A stretch of 63,310 nt of DNA, the filler included, from Octopus bimaculoides (Eukaryota): NCBI RefSeq assembly GCF_001194135.2. It is 8 parts of 7 records of this genome, joined end to end, with 100 filler letters (N's around TTAATTAATTAA, not from the genome) between each part and the next. Parts side by side here need not be neighbours in the genome. Positions count along the whole stretch, not along the records: positions 57,944 to 63,310 come from NC_068989.1; 7 more parts are not named here. One strand, given 5' to 3'. The notes beneath the pieces are model-generated. The model was not told the DNA's origin and did not search any database. It was given only the letters and a program-made list of their open reading frames with translations. This document shows positions 62,521 through 63,310 of the stretch, piece after piece (position 1 is the first letter of the stretch; every line of letters begins with the position of its first letter). The translations under genes were made by a program, and so were the position numbers.

Positions 62521-63310
62521 ACGTATGTAAAAACCCATAAATATTAGGTGAGAGCCTGGAAGCAACATGCCTGATAACAGCAACATGTCTATTTAGTTGC
62601 AAAGAAAACAGACTCCCATTGATGAAACTATAATTTCGTGTAGATGCACTATTATTTATTTCCACCTCTTTACAAGCAATTCTTTGATCGCATCTGAAGA
62701 TCTGCTGACAAGGAAATTGCAGCATATCGAATTAAATCACGTGAACTGCAGGTCAGGCTTTGAATATTCTTGAAGAAACTTCCACAGCTATTGGCCTTTA
62801 TTTTCTATTGTCGGCATAGCAACAAAATTACTTCTAAATCTAAAATTCTAAAAGATCAAAAGAGATACCTCAGTGACATTTGTGTGTGTCTGTGCATATA
62901 TCTGTTGTAGGAATATGTTAAAGCGCTTGTGTATGTAGCTGTGCATTTGTGTATGTGTATATTTGTGTATATGTCTCTGTTTCAATGTCTATATGTGTCT
63001 CTTTTGGCGTGTTTATTTATTTGCCTTGTGTGTGCATTTATGTGTGTATATGCATATATGTGTTTATATATCCTTTACATTTTAAAATCTATATAGCTTC
63101 ATCGTACCTTGGTGAATGTAATCTAGTGGTTACAGTGCTCGTATAAAGATAGGCCGTACGTGACATTGCCCAGTGGACAGTGTCATTCAGTTGCAGCCAG
63201 TTGGCTTGACAGTAAGTAGAAGCGATGTCCACCGCCACCGAAGTGATTATTTTGATTTAGTGTGAGTCAGTCTGCTGCCACTGGACACTAGACTTACCAA
63301 TTCTATAATG

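Overview
AT-rich, gap-riddled eukaryotic genomic DNA. The tRNA-derived SINE families, dense (TA)n/(CA)n/(GATA)n microsatellites and N-TTAATTAATTAA-N gap tags point to an octopus draft assembly (inference, probably Octopus bimaculoides). No prokaryotic genes, rRNA, true tRNA or CRISPR arrays are seen. The only well-supported host gene is on the minus strand: the last three coding exons (11737-11857, 10273-10345, 7390-7563) of an SLC22/MFS solute transporter, which splice in frame with GT-AG sites; its 5' exons were not found. The rest is a retroelement graveyard. It holds at least four coding Penelope-like elements (RT/GIY-YIG) plus several LTR-like tails carrying hammerhead-ribozyme motifs, a 4-kb CR1-group LINE and a second ORF1 copy, and Tx1/L1, RTE and Dong/R4-like fragments. 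Mariner and hAT MITE remnants and about 20 SINEs are also present. The most notable observations are: (1) a recurring circularly permuted (type II) hammerhead-like motif; (2) an RTE insertion with a twin-priming-type 5' inversion and a candidate TSD; (3) a LINE ORF1 with a Myb/SANT-like domain plus two CCCH fingers, seen in two copies; (4) a 400-bp foldback with opposed hammerhead motifs; (5) a duplicated and partly inverted SINE locus; (6) quasi-palindrome conversions. All alignments and folds were done by eye, and most element boundaries are approximate.
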